A DNA stretch of 64,000 nucleotides from Chitinophaga sp. (GCF_039596135.1 NZ_JBCNKH010000001.1:330781-394780); one strand, 5' to 3'. Counted from the first letter of the stretch, positions 36,624-47,080 are shown. The notes: generated from the letters alone by a model not told the origin. Program-made: numbers and translations.

Positions 36624-38492
36624 ATGTTTCCATCTTACGATGTTATAGTGGTAGGCGCAGGACATGCCGGTTGCGAAGCAGCGGCGGCTGCCGCGAATAT
36701 GGGTTCAAAGGTTCTTTTGGTAACCATGAACATGCAGACTATTGCCCAAATGAGTTGCAACCCAGCTATGGGTGGTATAGCAAAAGGGCAAATAGTAAGA
36801 GAGATCGATGCTATGGGTGGATACTCTGGTATCGTGACTGACCAGTCCATGATCCAGTTCCGTATGTTGAACAGATCTAAGGGGCCTGCTATGTGGAGCC
36901 CTCGTACTCAAAATGATAGAATGCTCTTTGCTGCCAAGTGGAGAGAAGCATTGGAACAAACACCCAATGTAGATTTCTATCAGGATATGGTGAAAGGTCT
37001 TCTTGTAAAAGATGGCATTTGCTATGGTGTAGTGACAGGCCTTGGACATGAAATCAAATCAAAAAGTGTAGTGCTCACCAACGGAACTTTTCTGAATGGG
37101 GTAATGCACATAGGCGATAAACAATTTGGTGGAGGTAGGGTTGCTGAAAAAGCTGCAACCGGAATCACCGAACAGTTGGTTTCTCTTGGATTCGAAAGTG
37201 ATCGCCTCAAAACTGGAACGCCTCCCCGCATAGATGCCCGAAGTTTAGATTATTCAAAGATGGAAGAGCAAAAGGGTGATGATGTCATCACCGGTTTCTC
37301 TTACTTGGATATTGAGAAGATTAAACCTGAGCAACAAAGAAGTTGCTTCATTACCTACACCAGCGATGAAGTACATGAAATGCTGAAGACGGGTTTCGAC
37401 CGGTCACCAATGTTCCAGGGTAGAATACAGGGTAGGGGACCCCGCTATTGTCCAAGTATCGAAGACAAAATAAATAGGTTCGCCGAAAGAGACAGACACC
37501 AGTTGTTCGTAGAACCGGAAGGTTGGAACACCGTAGAAATTTATGTAAACGGATTTTCCACTTCCCTTCCTGAAGATGTACAATATAAAGCCCTGCAGTT
37601 AGTGCCGGGTTTTGAAAATGTCAAGATGTTCCGTCCGGGTTATGCCATCGAGTATGATTATTTTCCACCTACCCAATTGCAGTTTTCGCTGGAGACCAAA
37701 CATATTCAAAACCTGTTCTTCGCAGGTCAGATCAATGGTACTACCGGTTATGAGGAAGCAGCTTGTCAGGGTTTGATGGCAGGTATCAATGCTCACCTCA
37801 AGGCAACCGGCCAGGCACCTTTTGTACTGAAAAGGAGTGAAGCATATATTGGGGTTCTCATCGATGACCTGATCAACAAGGGTACAGATGAACCTTACCG
37901 TATGTTTACCTCCCGTGCAGAATTCAGAACAATACTCCGCCAGGATAATGCAGACCTGAGACTAACTGAGCAGAGTTATAAAATTGGTTTGGCAGGAGAG
38001 AACAGGATGGAAAAAGTGAGAACGAAATCAGAAGGCGTAGAAAAAATTAAAGCTATTCTGAAAGAACTACCGATCGATCCTGAAGATATTAACCACTTCA
38101 TGGTAGAGAAAAATACCTCTCCACTGACTCAAAGGATTCGTGCTTACCAGATTTTGTTACGTCCATCTATGGATATTTTCTCTATGAAAAACAATGTAAC
38201 AAAAATGAAAAATGCACTCGCAGCATTCGATGATGAAACTTTGGAACAGGCAGAAATCCAGATCAAATACGAAACGTATATCGAAAAGGAAAATGAACTG
38301 GTAAAAAGAATGAGTCAACTCGAAGACCTGATAATTCCAGATAGTTTTGATTATACAAAATTGGTATCTCTGAGTGCAGAGGCAAGACAGAAATTTAATA
38401 AAATCAGACCCCGTACATTAGGGCAGGCATCCAGGATTAGTGGGGTAAATCCAAGTGATGTACAGATCCTGATGGTATATATGGGGAGGTAA
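36624..38492 (+). CDS. mnmG: tRNA uridine 5-carboxymethylaminomethyl modification enzyme MnmG (GidA)
   Basis: 622 aa from ATG 36624. FAD fold YDVIVVGAGHAGCEAA, motif SCNPAMGG, and a conserved C-terminal RISGVNPSD. The track start at 36579 is an upstream extension. Confidence 0.95.
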   Translation: MFPSYDVIVVGAGHAGCEAAAAAANMGSKVLLVTMNMQTIAQMSCNPAMGGIAKGQIVREIDAMGGYSGIVTDQSMIQFRMLNRSKGPAMWSPRTQNDRMLFAAKWREALEQTPNVDFYQDMVKGLLVKDGICYGVVTGLGHEIKSKSVVLTNGTFLNGVMHIGDKQFGGGRVAEKAATGITEQLVSLGFESDRLKTGTPPRIDARSLDYSKMEEQKGDDVITGFSYLDIEKIKPEQQRSCFITYTSDEVHEMLKTGFDRSPMFQGRIQGRGPRYCPSIEDKINRFAERDRHQLFVEPEGWNTVEIYVNGFSTSLPEDVQYKALQLVPGFENVKMFRPGYAIEYDYFPPTQLQFSLETKHIQNLFFAGQINGTTGYEEAACQGLMAGINAHLKATGQAPFVLKRSEAYIGVLIDDLINKGTDEPYRMFTSRAEFRTILRQDNADLRLTEQSYKIGLAGENRMEKVRTKSEGVEKIKAILKELPIDPEDINHFMVEKNTSPLTQRIRAYQILLRPSMDIFSMKNNVTKMKNALAAFDDETLEQAEIQIKYETYIEKENELVKRMSQLEDLIIPDSFDYTKLVSLSAEARQKFNKIRPRTLGQASRISGVNPSDVQILMVYMGR

Positions 38493-38527
38493 AACTCGTA
38501 TTTTAAATTTTTATTTATAGAATAAAA

Positions 38528-38561
38528 AATACATGCTTTTGTCGGGCATGTATTTTTTTTT
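38528..38561 (+). terminator. intrinsic terminator of mnmG
   Basis: Stem AATACATGC/GCATGTATT followed by a 9-T run. Confidence 0.8.
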
Positions 38562-38820
38562 GACTATATTCGTTCTATAAGTACTGAATCATATCCCTCA
38601 ATTAAACGACATAACTATGAGCACTGGACCAAAACATATTTTTCCTTTAGTATGATTCCTGCTTAAACCTTATGAAATTATCCACCTTTAGAAAATAATA
38701 CTGAACATACGTTTTTATAAATTCCTGTATTCGTAGCTTAAGAAATTTGTCATGAAAGGTAAGGTATTGCCTTGCCTATATATTACTTAAAGTGAAGGTT
38801 AAATTAGAAGTATAAAAAAC

Positions 38821-38855
38821 ACCCGGTCCGTTTCTTCGGACTGGGTTCTTTTTTT
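38821..38855. terminator. orphan terminator-like hairpin (bidirectional context)
   Basis: Stem ACCCGGTCCG/CGGACTGGGT (one G-U pair). A-run upstream and TCTTTTTTT downstream. Confidence 0.6.
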
Positions 38856-38892
38856 AAAGAAGATCTATGAAATTCATAGTCGCCACCAAAAA

Positions 38893-38928
38893 ACAGGACT
38901 TTCCCGAAGGAAAAGCCTTGTTTTTTTG
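38893..38928 (+). terminator. orphan terminator-like hairpin
   Basis: Imperfect stem ACAGGACTTTCC/GGAAAAGCCTTGT with loop CGAA, then TTTTTTT. Confidence 0.5.
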
Positions 38929-39117
38929 TAATTAATTGAAAACCAATTTGTTGTATTTAATAAAGTCGACCTCATTATCTCCTTAAATTTCGACGATCAT
39001 TGAATCGCCTTTATCTGAGTTCCAAAATAAGGGTCGAATTAAAATTACCCCCTTAAAATGCGTTTTCCTGATTTTAGATACTTTTAGTAATTTGTTTAGG
39101 CATAACAATTCCCGAAT

Positions 39118-40260
39118 ATGATAAAAATATTACTCACCAGCACAGCTCTACTACTTGCTTCTACTTTGCTTGCTCAAACTGATACATCTGCCGCTGAAAA
39201 GTATTTACTTATAGGTGCCTATACCAAAACACCGGATGAAGGTATCAGCGTCTATGCTTTCAATACCAAAACTGGTATCTTCCGTTTTGTAAGCACTGCC
39301 AAGAATGTAGAGAACCCTTCGTACCTCGTTATCTCCCCGGATCATAAGTATGTGTATGCGGTGAATGAAACCAATGGTAATAATCCGGGCAATGTGAGTG
39401 CATTTGAATGGGATACTATTTCCGGCCAACTTACTTTCTTGAATAAACAACCTTCAGGCGGTGACGACCCTTGTTACCTTACTACCGACCAGGATGGAAA
39501 ATATGTGGTAGTTGCAAATTACTCAGGAGGTAGTTTCTCTATCCTGCCGGTAAAACCAGATGGGCGCCTGGAAGCACCTGTGCAAACTATTGAACACACG
39601 GGTTCCGGACCTAATAAAGAGCGACAGGAAAAACCACATGTACATTGTGTGTATTTTAGTCCGGACCATCAGCAACTATATGTATCCGATCTGGGCATCG
39701 ACCAGGTAGCGATCTACAATTATCGCCAGGGCGATGTGCAACCACTGGTACCTGCCAATCCTGGTTTTGCACCGTTCCCTCCGGGTTCCGGTCCCCGTCA
39801 CCTCATATTTCATCCCAATGGAAAATGGGTTTATGTAGTACATGAACTGGATGGAAAAGTCACTGCTTTCCATTATGACAAAGGCAAGCTAACACCTTTC
39901 CAGGCAGTGTCCATCCTGCCGGACAATTTCAAAGGCAAGCCATGGGCTGCTGATCTCCACATCTCTCCGGATGGGAAATTTTTATACGCTACCAATCGTG
40001 ATCCCCTCAATAATATTCTGACTTTTTCTATCAACTCCAAAACGGGGAACCTCTTGAAAAAGGGAGAGACGGGGACAGGTGGAAAAACCCCGAGAAATTT
40101 TGTGATCGACCCGAGTGGCAACTATCTGCTGGTCGCTCATCAGAATTCAAATAATGTGACTGTTTTTAAAAGAGATAAAGTCACCGGGCTCCTCAAAAAA
40201 CAAAAGGAAGACTTAAAGACACCAGCCCCGGTATGTTTGAAATTCATAGGCAGTAATTAA
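39118..40260 (+). CDS. lactonase family protein (7-bladed beta-propeller, 6-phosphogluconolactonase-like)
   Basis: 380 aa with a signal peptide. Repeated blade pattern with GxxPRH/PRNF motifs (GSGPRHLIFHPNGKWVYVVHE, GKTPRNFVIDPSGNYLLVAHQ). Confidence 0.78.
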   Translation: MIKILLTSTALLLASTLLAQTDTSAAEKYLLIGAYTKTPDEGISVYAFNTKTGIFRFVSTAKNVENPSYLVISPDHKYVYAVNETNGNNPGNVSAFEWDTISGQLTFLNKQPSGGDDPCYLTTDQDGKYVVVANYSGGSFSILPVKPDGRLEAPVQTIEHTGSGPNKERQEKPHVHCVYFSPDHQQLYVSDLGIDQVAIYNYRQGDVQPLVPANPGFAPFPPGSGPRHLIFHPNGKWVYVVHELDGKVTAFHYDKGKLTPFQAVSILPDNFKGKPWAADLHISPDGKFLYATNRDPLNNILTFSINSKTGNLLKKGETGTGGKTPRNFVIDPSGNYLLVAHQNSNNVTVFKRDKVTGLLKKQKEDLKTPAPVCLKFIGSN

Positions 40261-40306
40261 ATCGCATTGGCATAACTTTTTCGGTGAATACTTAAAAGAT
40301 CAAGCC

Positions 40307-40681
40307 ATGAAAAATAAAGACTTAAAAAATAAAGCAGAAAATGAACACATTCCAAACCAGGATGAAATAGCAGCGAAAAGAGAGCAGACATTTCCGGGGT
40401 ATCCTACTTATCCTGCCAGCGAAGACATTATGAACCAGGAAGAGAGAGAAGAACTGGATGTGGAAGGTGTAACAGGATCCCGTAGAATCAACAATGAAAT
40501 AGCCCGGGAAGAAGGCTCCATTCCACAGGAATTTGATGATGAAGATGACCTGGATGTACCAGGCGGTGAGCTGGATGATGAAGATGAAATAATTGGTGAA
40601 GAAGATGAAGAAAATAATTATTACAGCTTAGGTGGAGACAGGCATGAAGACCTGGATGAAACGAACGAAGATGATATTTAA
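40307..40681 (+). CDS. hypothetical highly acidic protein
   Basis: 124-aa ORF with a very D/E-rich C-terminal half. No family recognised. Ends 4 nt from the convergent cls stop. Confidence 0.45.
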   Translation: MKNKDLKNKAENEHIPNQDEIAAKREQTFPGYPTYPASEDIMNQEEREELDVEGVTGSRRINNEIAREEGSIPQEFDDEDDLDVPGGELDDEDEIIGEEDEENNYYSLGGDRHEDLDETNEDDI

Positions 40682-40685
40682 TCAC

Positions 40686-42164
40686 CTACAATAATGGTGT
40701 CAGCAATCTGCACACTGCATCTATAAAACGCTGCCAGATAGAACGGTGTTTCCAGGTGCGCCGATCAATTTGAACGGCATCCTGTAAATCCTGTTCAAAA
40801 GCAGCGTTTAACTTATGTACTATCGGTCGGTCATATAATACTACAGCAATTTCACTGTTTAGATAAAAGCTCCTGTTATCAAGATTGACGGTGCCTATTA
40901 TGGCCAGGTTATCATCGACAACGATGGTCTTGGCATGAATAAATCCCTTTTGATAAAAATAGACTTTTGCACCTGCGTCTAACATGGGTTTCACATATGA
41001 TTGTGCCGCATGTTGTACAAAAAAGGAATCACCTTGTGAGGGCAATAGCAACTCAACATTTTTTCCTGCCAGTGCAGCCATTTGCAATGCACTCAGAATC
41101 TGATCATTAGGAATGAAATAAGGATTACTGATGCGGATACTTCTTCTCGCTACATTGATTGCCATGAGAATAGTTTGCATTGACATGGGGAAATCTGAAT
41201 CAGGTCCGCTGGCTACGATATCCGCAAAGCAATGTTCTTTGATACGGGAGCGATGAAAGTAAGGATCACTGAATGGAAATGTATTCTTACTGCAATAGCG
41301 ATAACTCATCATAAACTGTAACTGCAACAGGTTAACCACATCGCCTTCCAGTTGTAAATGTGTGTCTCTCCAGAACACAGGATGCTTGCCATTGTTAAGA
41401 TAGCGGTCATCCATATTAATACCACCCGTGAAACCGATATTGCCATCTATGACAATGATCTTGCGGTGATTACGATAATTTGCATTCAGGTAGAAGTTGA
41501 TGAGTACAGGCGAAAACTTAAATACTTCTGCACCATGTTCTTCCAGCAGATCGGGGATGTCGCCGATATCACTGCAACCCAGGTCATCGTATACAAATCT
41601 GACTTCTATACCTGCTTTCAATTTCTCTACGAGTATGTTTGCTACCTCATTGCCTACATCATCTGCGGCAAAGATGTAGTACTCCATGTGTATATGGTGT
41701 TTGGCTTCCCTGAGTGCTTTCATCACGGCAGGAAATTTCTCTTCACCATTGAGTAAGATCTGTACTTTATTATTCTGAGACAGAACGGAGTTCCTGGTAT
41801 TCAGCAACATAGCAGAGATTTCCTGTTTGCTGGCTACGTGATTGCGGAGAGCGAGCTGCATATGCTCAATTTCTCTACGCTGTGATTCCCAGTATCTTAG
41901 CATCAAAGTCTCGTCTTTACTGCCTTTTAGGGTAAAGCGGCGACGTTTGCGCAGGTCACGGCCCAGGTAGTAGTATACAATTAATCCGAGGATGGGGACG
42001 AACACCAGTAACATGATGTACGCCAATGCTTTAACAGGGTTGCGATTTTCCAGCAGGATAGTACCAACTACCCCTATAAAAGAAAGGCTGATCAATACAT
42101 AGCCCATGATCTTGATGGCAATATGCCAATCCGTGCCCCAAAGAAAGTATAATACCTGATACAC
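40686..42164 (-). CDS. cls: cardiolipin synthase (PLD superfamily)
   Basis: 492 aa. Two N-terminal TM helices and two HKD motifs (NHRKIIVIDG...GGIN and IHAKTIVVDD...GTVNLD). Confidence 0.9.
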   Translation of the reverse strand: MYQVLYFLWGTDWHIAIKIMGYVLISLSFIGVVGTILLENRNPVKALAYIMLLVFVPILGLIVYYYLGRDLRKRRRFTLKGSKDETLMLRYWESQRREIEHMQLALRNHVASKQEISAMLLNTRNSVLSQNNKVQILLNGEEKFPAVMKALREAKHHIHMEYYIFAADDVGNEVANILVEKLKAGIEVRFVYDDLGCSDIGDIPDLLEEHGAEVFKFSPVLINFYLNANYRNHRKIIVIDGNIGFTGGINMDDRYLNNGKHPVFWRDTHLQLEGDVVNLLQLQFMMSYRYCSKNTFPFSDPYFHRSRIKEHCFADIVASGPDSDFPMSMQTILMAINVARRSIRISNPYFIPNDQILSALQMAALAGKNVELLLPSQGDSFFVQHAAQSYVKPMLDAGAKVYFYQKGFIHAKTIVVDDNLAIIGTVNLDNRSFYLNSEIAVVLYDRPIVHKLNAAFEQDLQDAVQIDRRTWKHRSIWQRFIDAVCRLLTPLL

Positions 42165-42309
42165 GTGTGTTGATGGTTATGTAATAAAGGTAATACTGAA
42201 AATTATAAAGTGTTAATTTTCTATCTCATCAGGTATTGTACCAAATAATTATTAATATCATTCGTTCTAAAATAATTAGTAATTTTTTTGTTGTAATAAC
42301 AAACTGTAC

Positions 42310-45300
42310 ATGCAGGAATCAATCCTCTCCAAACTGGAAGCCTCAAGAAGGGAGCTACTCGACCTGGGACTGCGTAACCCTTTATTAAACTACCGCTTAC
42401 CGGTTAGTCGTGGAGTTCATATCGATCAGGAAAAGAGTGCCAACGTATATGAAGTGTTGGTGAAGCAGGGAAAGGCGATGACGTTTTTACCCAAACCAGG
42501 AAATAAAGAAAACAAGGAAAAAGCTATTACCCCGGAAGATAATACAGCCAGTATGCTGGACGACCCCAATGCATTTTTGAAAGAAGAAGTATTGGTAACT
42601 CCACCTGCTACTGACAATGCAGAACTTCCGAAGGAAGAGCAAAAAGAAGGATCTACCGCGCTACCTGAAACAGTAGTGTATGATACCCGTTTGCAAACTA
42701 CTGAAGCTGCTGCCGCACTACAAAACAGATTGCTCAATACTTACTATGCTGCACGTACCAGTTTGGAAGAACAAGGTGTGAATATTCTCTTCCTTACATT
42801 AGGTATGCTGCAGTGGTATGAAAAAGATAATACCAAAGAAGCAAGACAGGCGCCTTTGATATTGATACCGGTATCACTGGAAAGAAGTAGTGCCCGGGAA
42901 CGTTTTCGTTTGCGCTATACCGGTAGTGATGTAGAAATGAACTTAAGCTTACAAACCAAAATTAAAACTGATTTCGGAATTGTGTTGCCTGACATGCCGG
43001 AAACGGATGAAATTTCTATTAATGACTACCTGCAGGAAATAGCAGATGCGGTATATGGTATGCCGAAGTGGGAAGTGAAAATGGATACTGTTGAATTAGG
43101 ATTTTTCTCCTTCGGAAAACTAATGTTGTACCACGACCTGGATAGTGAAAACTGGCCTGCAGATGAACAACCGGTTGTACATCCTGTATTACAGAGTTTA
43201 TTCGGTGCAGGATTCAGTGAAGGGGAATCTGGTGTAAGTGATGAAACATTTATCGACACTGAAACCAATGCCCATGAAATGCACCAGGTAGTAGATGCAG
43301 ATGGTTCACAATTGCTTGCCATGCTCGCTGTGCAGGAAGGAAAAAACCTGGTGATACAGGGACCTCCCGGTACAGGTAAATCACAAACCATTACGAACCT
43401 GATTGCAAATGCAATTGGTGAAGGAAAGAAAGTACTCTTCGTTGCAGAAAAAATGGCAGCGCTGGAAGTGGTGAAGAGAAGGCTGGATAGTATTCAACTG
43501 GGCGATGCATGTTTAGAACTGCATAGTCATAAAGCAAATAAAAAAGAACTACACCAGGAACTGCGTCGTACACTGGAATTAGGTAAACCAGCAATCATGC
43601 AACTACAACAGGAAGTTGCGTTACTACATGAGTACAGACGTGAGTTGAATGATTACTGTTTAGCAGTGAATGCGCCTGTTGGTAAAAGTGGATTGACACC
43701 GCAACAACTGATGGGTTACCTGTTGCAATTAAAAGAAGCAGCAGGTGATCTGATTTTACCACGTATACCTATTCCTGACATTGCAAACTGGGAAGCCAGC
43801 AATATGCAACGTGCAGAGAATATGGCGAACAGAATCACTGCGCGATTAGGTGAAACAGGAATGCCGTCTGCATTATTGTTCTGGGGAAGTCAGCTAACTA
43901 TATTAACACCATCAGAACAGGAGAAGCTCATACCACTCATGCAACAAACTGTTGCCACTATCAAAAGCCTGCAACATGAAAGTGCAATGATTGCTGCGCA
44001 GGTAGGTATGCCCATGCCATTGAATAAGAAAGATACAATGGATCTTTCTTATGTAGTGCAGATGGCTTCTGTACGTCCTGATCTGGCAGGTGTGAATATT
44101 TCGAATGTAGCCTGGCTGCAAAGAAAAGAAGACATCAAAGAACTGTTGCAGACAGGAAAAAGATTAGCACAGATTCGCCAGGTGTATGATTCAATACTGA
44201 TACCAGAAGCATGGGAACAAAATGTGTTGGAGATCAGACAAAACCTGTTAGCATATGGTGAGAAATGGTTCAAGTTTGCTATTGGTGATTACAATCGAAG
44301 TAATCGCCAGCTGGCTGCTTTGTGTAGAAATGGTGCGCCTTCTGATGTGGCTGCGAAACTTGCTTGTGTAGACGCTATTATGGAAGCAAAGCGATTGGAT
44401 AAACAGGTGCAGGACTACGAAACACTTGCCAGGGATTTGTTTGGTCAGCGCTGGCAAAAAGGATTCAGTAACTGGAATGAGCTGGAAACAATCTCTAATT
44501 ATTTAAGTGATGTACACAGACAGGTTAATATAGGTTCATGCGATAAAGTGATTCTCTCTTATCTTGAAAAAAATGAACCGGTTGCTGCGGCAAAGCAATA
44601 CCTGGATACGCTGTTAAAATATTTACAGCAACATGGTACTGCTATCGAACAAATAGTTACAGCGACTGCATTCAATGAACAGATTCGTTACAAAGAAATC
44701 ACTCCTTTATTACAACGTTCTTACGAAGATCAGATTGTACTGTTGGAATCATGGATAGCAGGGTTGCCAGAAATCCATCTGATGATATCGTGGAATAATT
44801 TAGCAACATCTGCTATCAATGAAGGATTGGAATCTTTGATAGATGCAGTGGTTTATTGGCCGGAAGCACAGAAAGGATTGAAACCGGCTTTGCAAAAAAC
44901 ATGGTATGAATACCTGTATGAACAGGCATTGGTGAAGCATGCAGCACTGAGAAAATTTGAAAGAGCGAGTCATGAATCATCAGTGAAGCAGTTTGTAAAA
45001 CTGGATACACTCGATCTGCAATATAATCGTGCGCGTGCTGCGTTGAAACATTGGGATGGTATACCACCATTAGATGCGGGTGGACAAGTGAATGTACTAC
45101 GTACTGAATTCAATAAGAAAGCAAGACATATGCCTATCCGCAAACTGGTACAGGTAGCAGGATTGGCAATACAGGCTATCAAACCGGTATTTATGATGAG
45201 CCCATTGTCTATTGCTAACTTTTTACCACCAGGATCATTGCAGTTTGACCTGGTGATTTTTGATGAGGCTTCGCAGGTAAGACCGGTAGATGCATTAGGT

Positions 45301-47079
45301 GCATTGCTGAGAGGAAAGCAATTGGTTGTAGTTGGTGATAGCAAACAGATGCCACCAGGCAGTTTCTTTGATTCATTATTGAAAGAAACTGATGACGAAG
45401 AAAATGTAACTGCCGATATGCCAAGTATATTAGGGATGTGTGATGCACAGGGTGCACCACAACGTATGTTGCGCTGGCACTATCGTAGTCGTCATGAATC
45501 ATTGATCACATTATCTAATCAGGAATTTTACGAGAACAAACTGGTGATCTTTCCAAGCCCTGGTGCTACACATCAGATGGGATTGATTTATCATCACCTG
45601 AAAGATACTGTTTACGATCGTGGTAAGACGCGTACCAACCCGCAGGAAGCAAATGCTATTACAGAAGCAGTGATCAGGCATGCAAAAGAACATCCTGATT
45701 TAAGCTTAGGGGTAGTAGCATTTAGTACGGCACAGATGCAGGCGATACAGGAATCGCTGGAAGCAGCGAGAAAGAAACTGCCTGAAGTAGAATCATTCTT
45801 TAAAGCACATCCGCATGAACCATTCTTTGTAAAGAACCTGGAAAATGTACAGGGGGATGAGCGTGATGTTATTTACATCAGTATAGGATATGGCCGTACG
45901 GCAGATGGATCTGTAAGTTTAGCATTTGGTCCTTTGAATAATGAAGGCGGTGAGAAGAGGCTGAATGTATTAATTACGCGTGCAAAACAGAGATGCGAAG
46001 TATTTACGAACCTGACGGCTGATGACATAGATCTGAACCGTACGGATAGTGAAGGTGTGAAAGCGTTGAAGAACTTCCTCTACTTTGCACAGCATGGACA
46101 ATTGTATACATCATCTGCTGATGGATGGCCGGCAAGAATTCCTTTTGAGGAAGAAGTAGCGAAACACTTGCAGGCAGCAGGATATACTGTACATAAACAG
46201 GTGGGTAGTAAAGGCTTCTTTATTGATCTGGCTATTTCTGATCCTGAACATCCGGGTAAATATATTATAGGTATTGTGTGTGATGGTGAGGGGTATAATT
46301 CTGCACGTTCCGCCAGAGACAGAGATCGGTTGAGGCAACAGGTAATGGAAGATATGGGATGGAACTTGTATCATGTATGGAGTACGGATTGGTTCAGGCA
46401 TCCTGCCAGGGAAATTAAGCGATTATTAGCTGCGGTTGAACAGGCAAAAACGAATGAAGTAATTCCGGAACCGGAGCAGGAGGTAGCAGAAGATTTTACT
46501 ATGGTGAGAGAAGATGAAGATATGACGATGCCTGAATTACCATTGTATGAAACTGCCATACTGCCGATGGAAATATCTACGAAAGAATTGCATGCGCATG
46601 GGTTGGATAAACTAAGAAGCTGGTTAGAAAAAATTGTGCAGGTAGAGAGCCCGGTGCATACAGAAGAAGTAGCAAGAAGATTGATTGAGGCGGCAGGTGT
46701 AGCAAGAGTGGGTAGCCGTATACGTGAAACGTTGAAGCAGGCAATATCAAGTGCGGAGGAGAGTGGTAGTATAGTGGTGAAAGAACCATTCCTGTGGGAT
46801 GCAAAAATGGAAGTACCGGTATTGAGGAATAGGGCGAATATGCCTGCGGCATCAAGGAAAGTAATGTATATAGCACCGGAGGAAATGACGGTAGCAATAG
46901 AGAAAGTAGTGAGAGATGCGGTAGCGATTACAGAAGAAGCCGTGATACCGTTAGTGGCGAAGGCATTAGGTTTTACAAGGGCGACGGAAGATTTGAAAAC
47001 GGAATTATCAGGTGCGATAAAACAAGCGATTGAAGCAGGGGTGATACGTGAGGACGATGAATGGCTAAAAATAAATTAA
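42310..47079 (+). CDS. DUF4011-type Upf1-like SF1 helicase fused to a Vsr/DUF559-like PD-(D/E)xK endonuclease and a DUF3320-like C-terminus
   Basis: 1589 aa. N-terminus LLDLGLRNPLLNYR (DUF4011-like). Walker A GPPGTGKS (nt 43360-43383). Motif II DEASQ (45262-45276). VVGDSKQMPP, WHYRSRHESL, VITRAKQR. Nuclease-like FFIDLAISD...IGIVCDGEGYNSARSARDRDRLRQQVMEDMGWNLYHVWSTDWF. Confidence 0.85.
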   Translation: MQESILSKLEASRRELLDLGLRNPLLNYRLPVSRGVHIDQEKSANVYEVLVKQGKAMTFLPKPGNKENKEKAITPEDNTASMLDDPNAFLKEEVLVTPPATDNAELPKEEQKEGSTALPETVVYDTRLQTTEAAAALQNRLLNTYYAARTSLEEQGVNILFLTLGMLQWYEKDNTKEARQAPLILIPVSLERSSARERFRLRYTGSDVEMNLSLQTKIKTDFGIVLPDMPETDEISINDYLQEIADAVYGMPKWEVKMDTVELGFFSFGKLMLYHDLDSENWPADEQPVVHPVLQSLFGAGFSEGESGVSDETFIDTETNAHEMHQVVDADGSQLLAMLAVQEGKNLVIQGPPGTGKSQTITNLIANAIGEGKKVLFVAEKMAALEVVKRRLDSIQLGDACLELHSHKANKKELHQELRRTLELGKPAIMQLQQEVALLHEYRRELNDYCLAVNAPVGKSGLTPQQLMGYLLQLKEAAGDLILPRIPIPDIANWEASNMQRAENMANRITARLGETGMPSALLFWGSQLTILTPSEQEKLIPLMQQTVATIKSLQHESAMIAAQVGMPMPLNKKDTMDLSYVVQMASVRPDLAGVNISNVAWLQRKEDIKELLQTGKRLAQIRQVYDSILIPEAWEQNVLEIRQNLLAYGEKWFKFAIGDYNRSNRQLAALCRNGAPSDVAAKLACVDAIMEAKRLDKQVQDYETLARDLFGQRWQKGFSNWNELETISNYLSDVHRQVNIGSCDKVILSYLEKNEPVAAAKQYLDTLLKYLQQHGTAIEQIVTATAFNEQIRYKEITPLLQRSYEDQIVLLESWIAGLPEIHLMISWNNLATSAINEGLESLIDAVVYWPEAQKGLKPALQKTWYEYLYEQALVKHAALRKFERASHESSVKQFVKLDTLDLQYNRARAALKHWDGIPPLDAGGQVNVLRTEFNKKARHMPIRKLVQVAGLAIQAIKPVFMMSPLSIANFLPPGSLQFDLVIFDEASQVRPVDALGALLRGKQLVVVGDSKQMPPGSFFDSLLKETDDEENVTADMPSILGMCDAQGAPQRMLRWHYRSRHESLITLSNQEFYENKLVIFPSPGATHQMGLIYHHLKDTVYDRGKTRTNPQEANAITEAVIRHAKEHPDLSLGVVAFSTAQMQAIQESLEAARKKLPEVESFFKAHPHEPFFVKNLENVQGDERDVIYISIGYGRTADGSVSLAFGPLNNEGGEKRLNVLITRAKQRCEVFTNLTADDIDLNRTDSEGVKALKNFLYFAQHGQLYTSSADGWPARIPFEEEVAKHLQAAGYTVHKQVGSKGFFIDLAISDPEHPGKYIIGIVCDGEGYNSARSARDRDRLRQQVMEDMGWNLYHVWSTDWFRHPAREIKRLLAAVEQAKTNEVIPEPEQEVAEDFTMVREDEDMTMPELPLYETAILPMEISTKELHAHGLDKLRSWLEKIVQVESPVHTEEVARRLIEAAGVARVGSRIRETLKQAISSAEESGSIVVKEPFLWDAKMEVPVLRNRANMPAASRKVMYIAPEEMTVAIEKVVRDAVAITEEAVIPLVAKALGFTRATEDLKTELSGAIKQAIEAGVIREDDEWLKIN

Positions 47080-47080
47080 C

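Noticed and set aside
40686-47079. PLD-family gene next to a COG1112-type helicase read as a Mokosh type I-like defence pair
   Set aside because: The PLD protein has the canonical cardiolipin synthase layout (two N-terminal TM helices, two HKD motifs, ~490 aa). It is divergently transcribed from the helicase, so it is most simply housekeeping cls.
42310-47079. A/T-ending codon preference (TTA/TTG, ATA, AGA) in the helicase gene, compared with gltBD (CTG, ATC, CGT), read as evidence for horizontal transfer
   Set aside because: The core genes mnmG and nadA in the same half of the window show similar codon usage. The contrast is more likely an expression-level effect in gltBD. No integrase, transposase or direct-repeat boundaries are visible.
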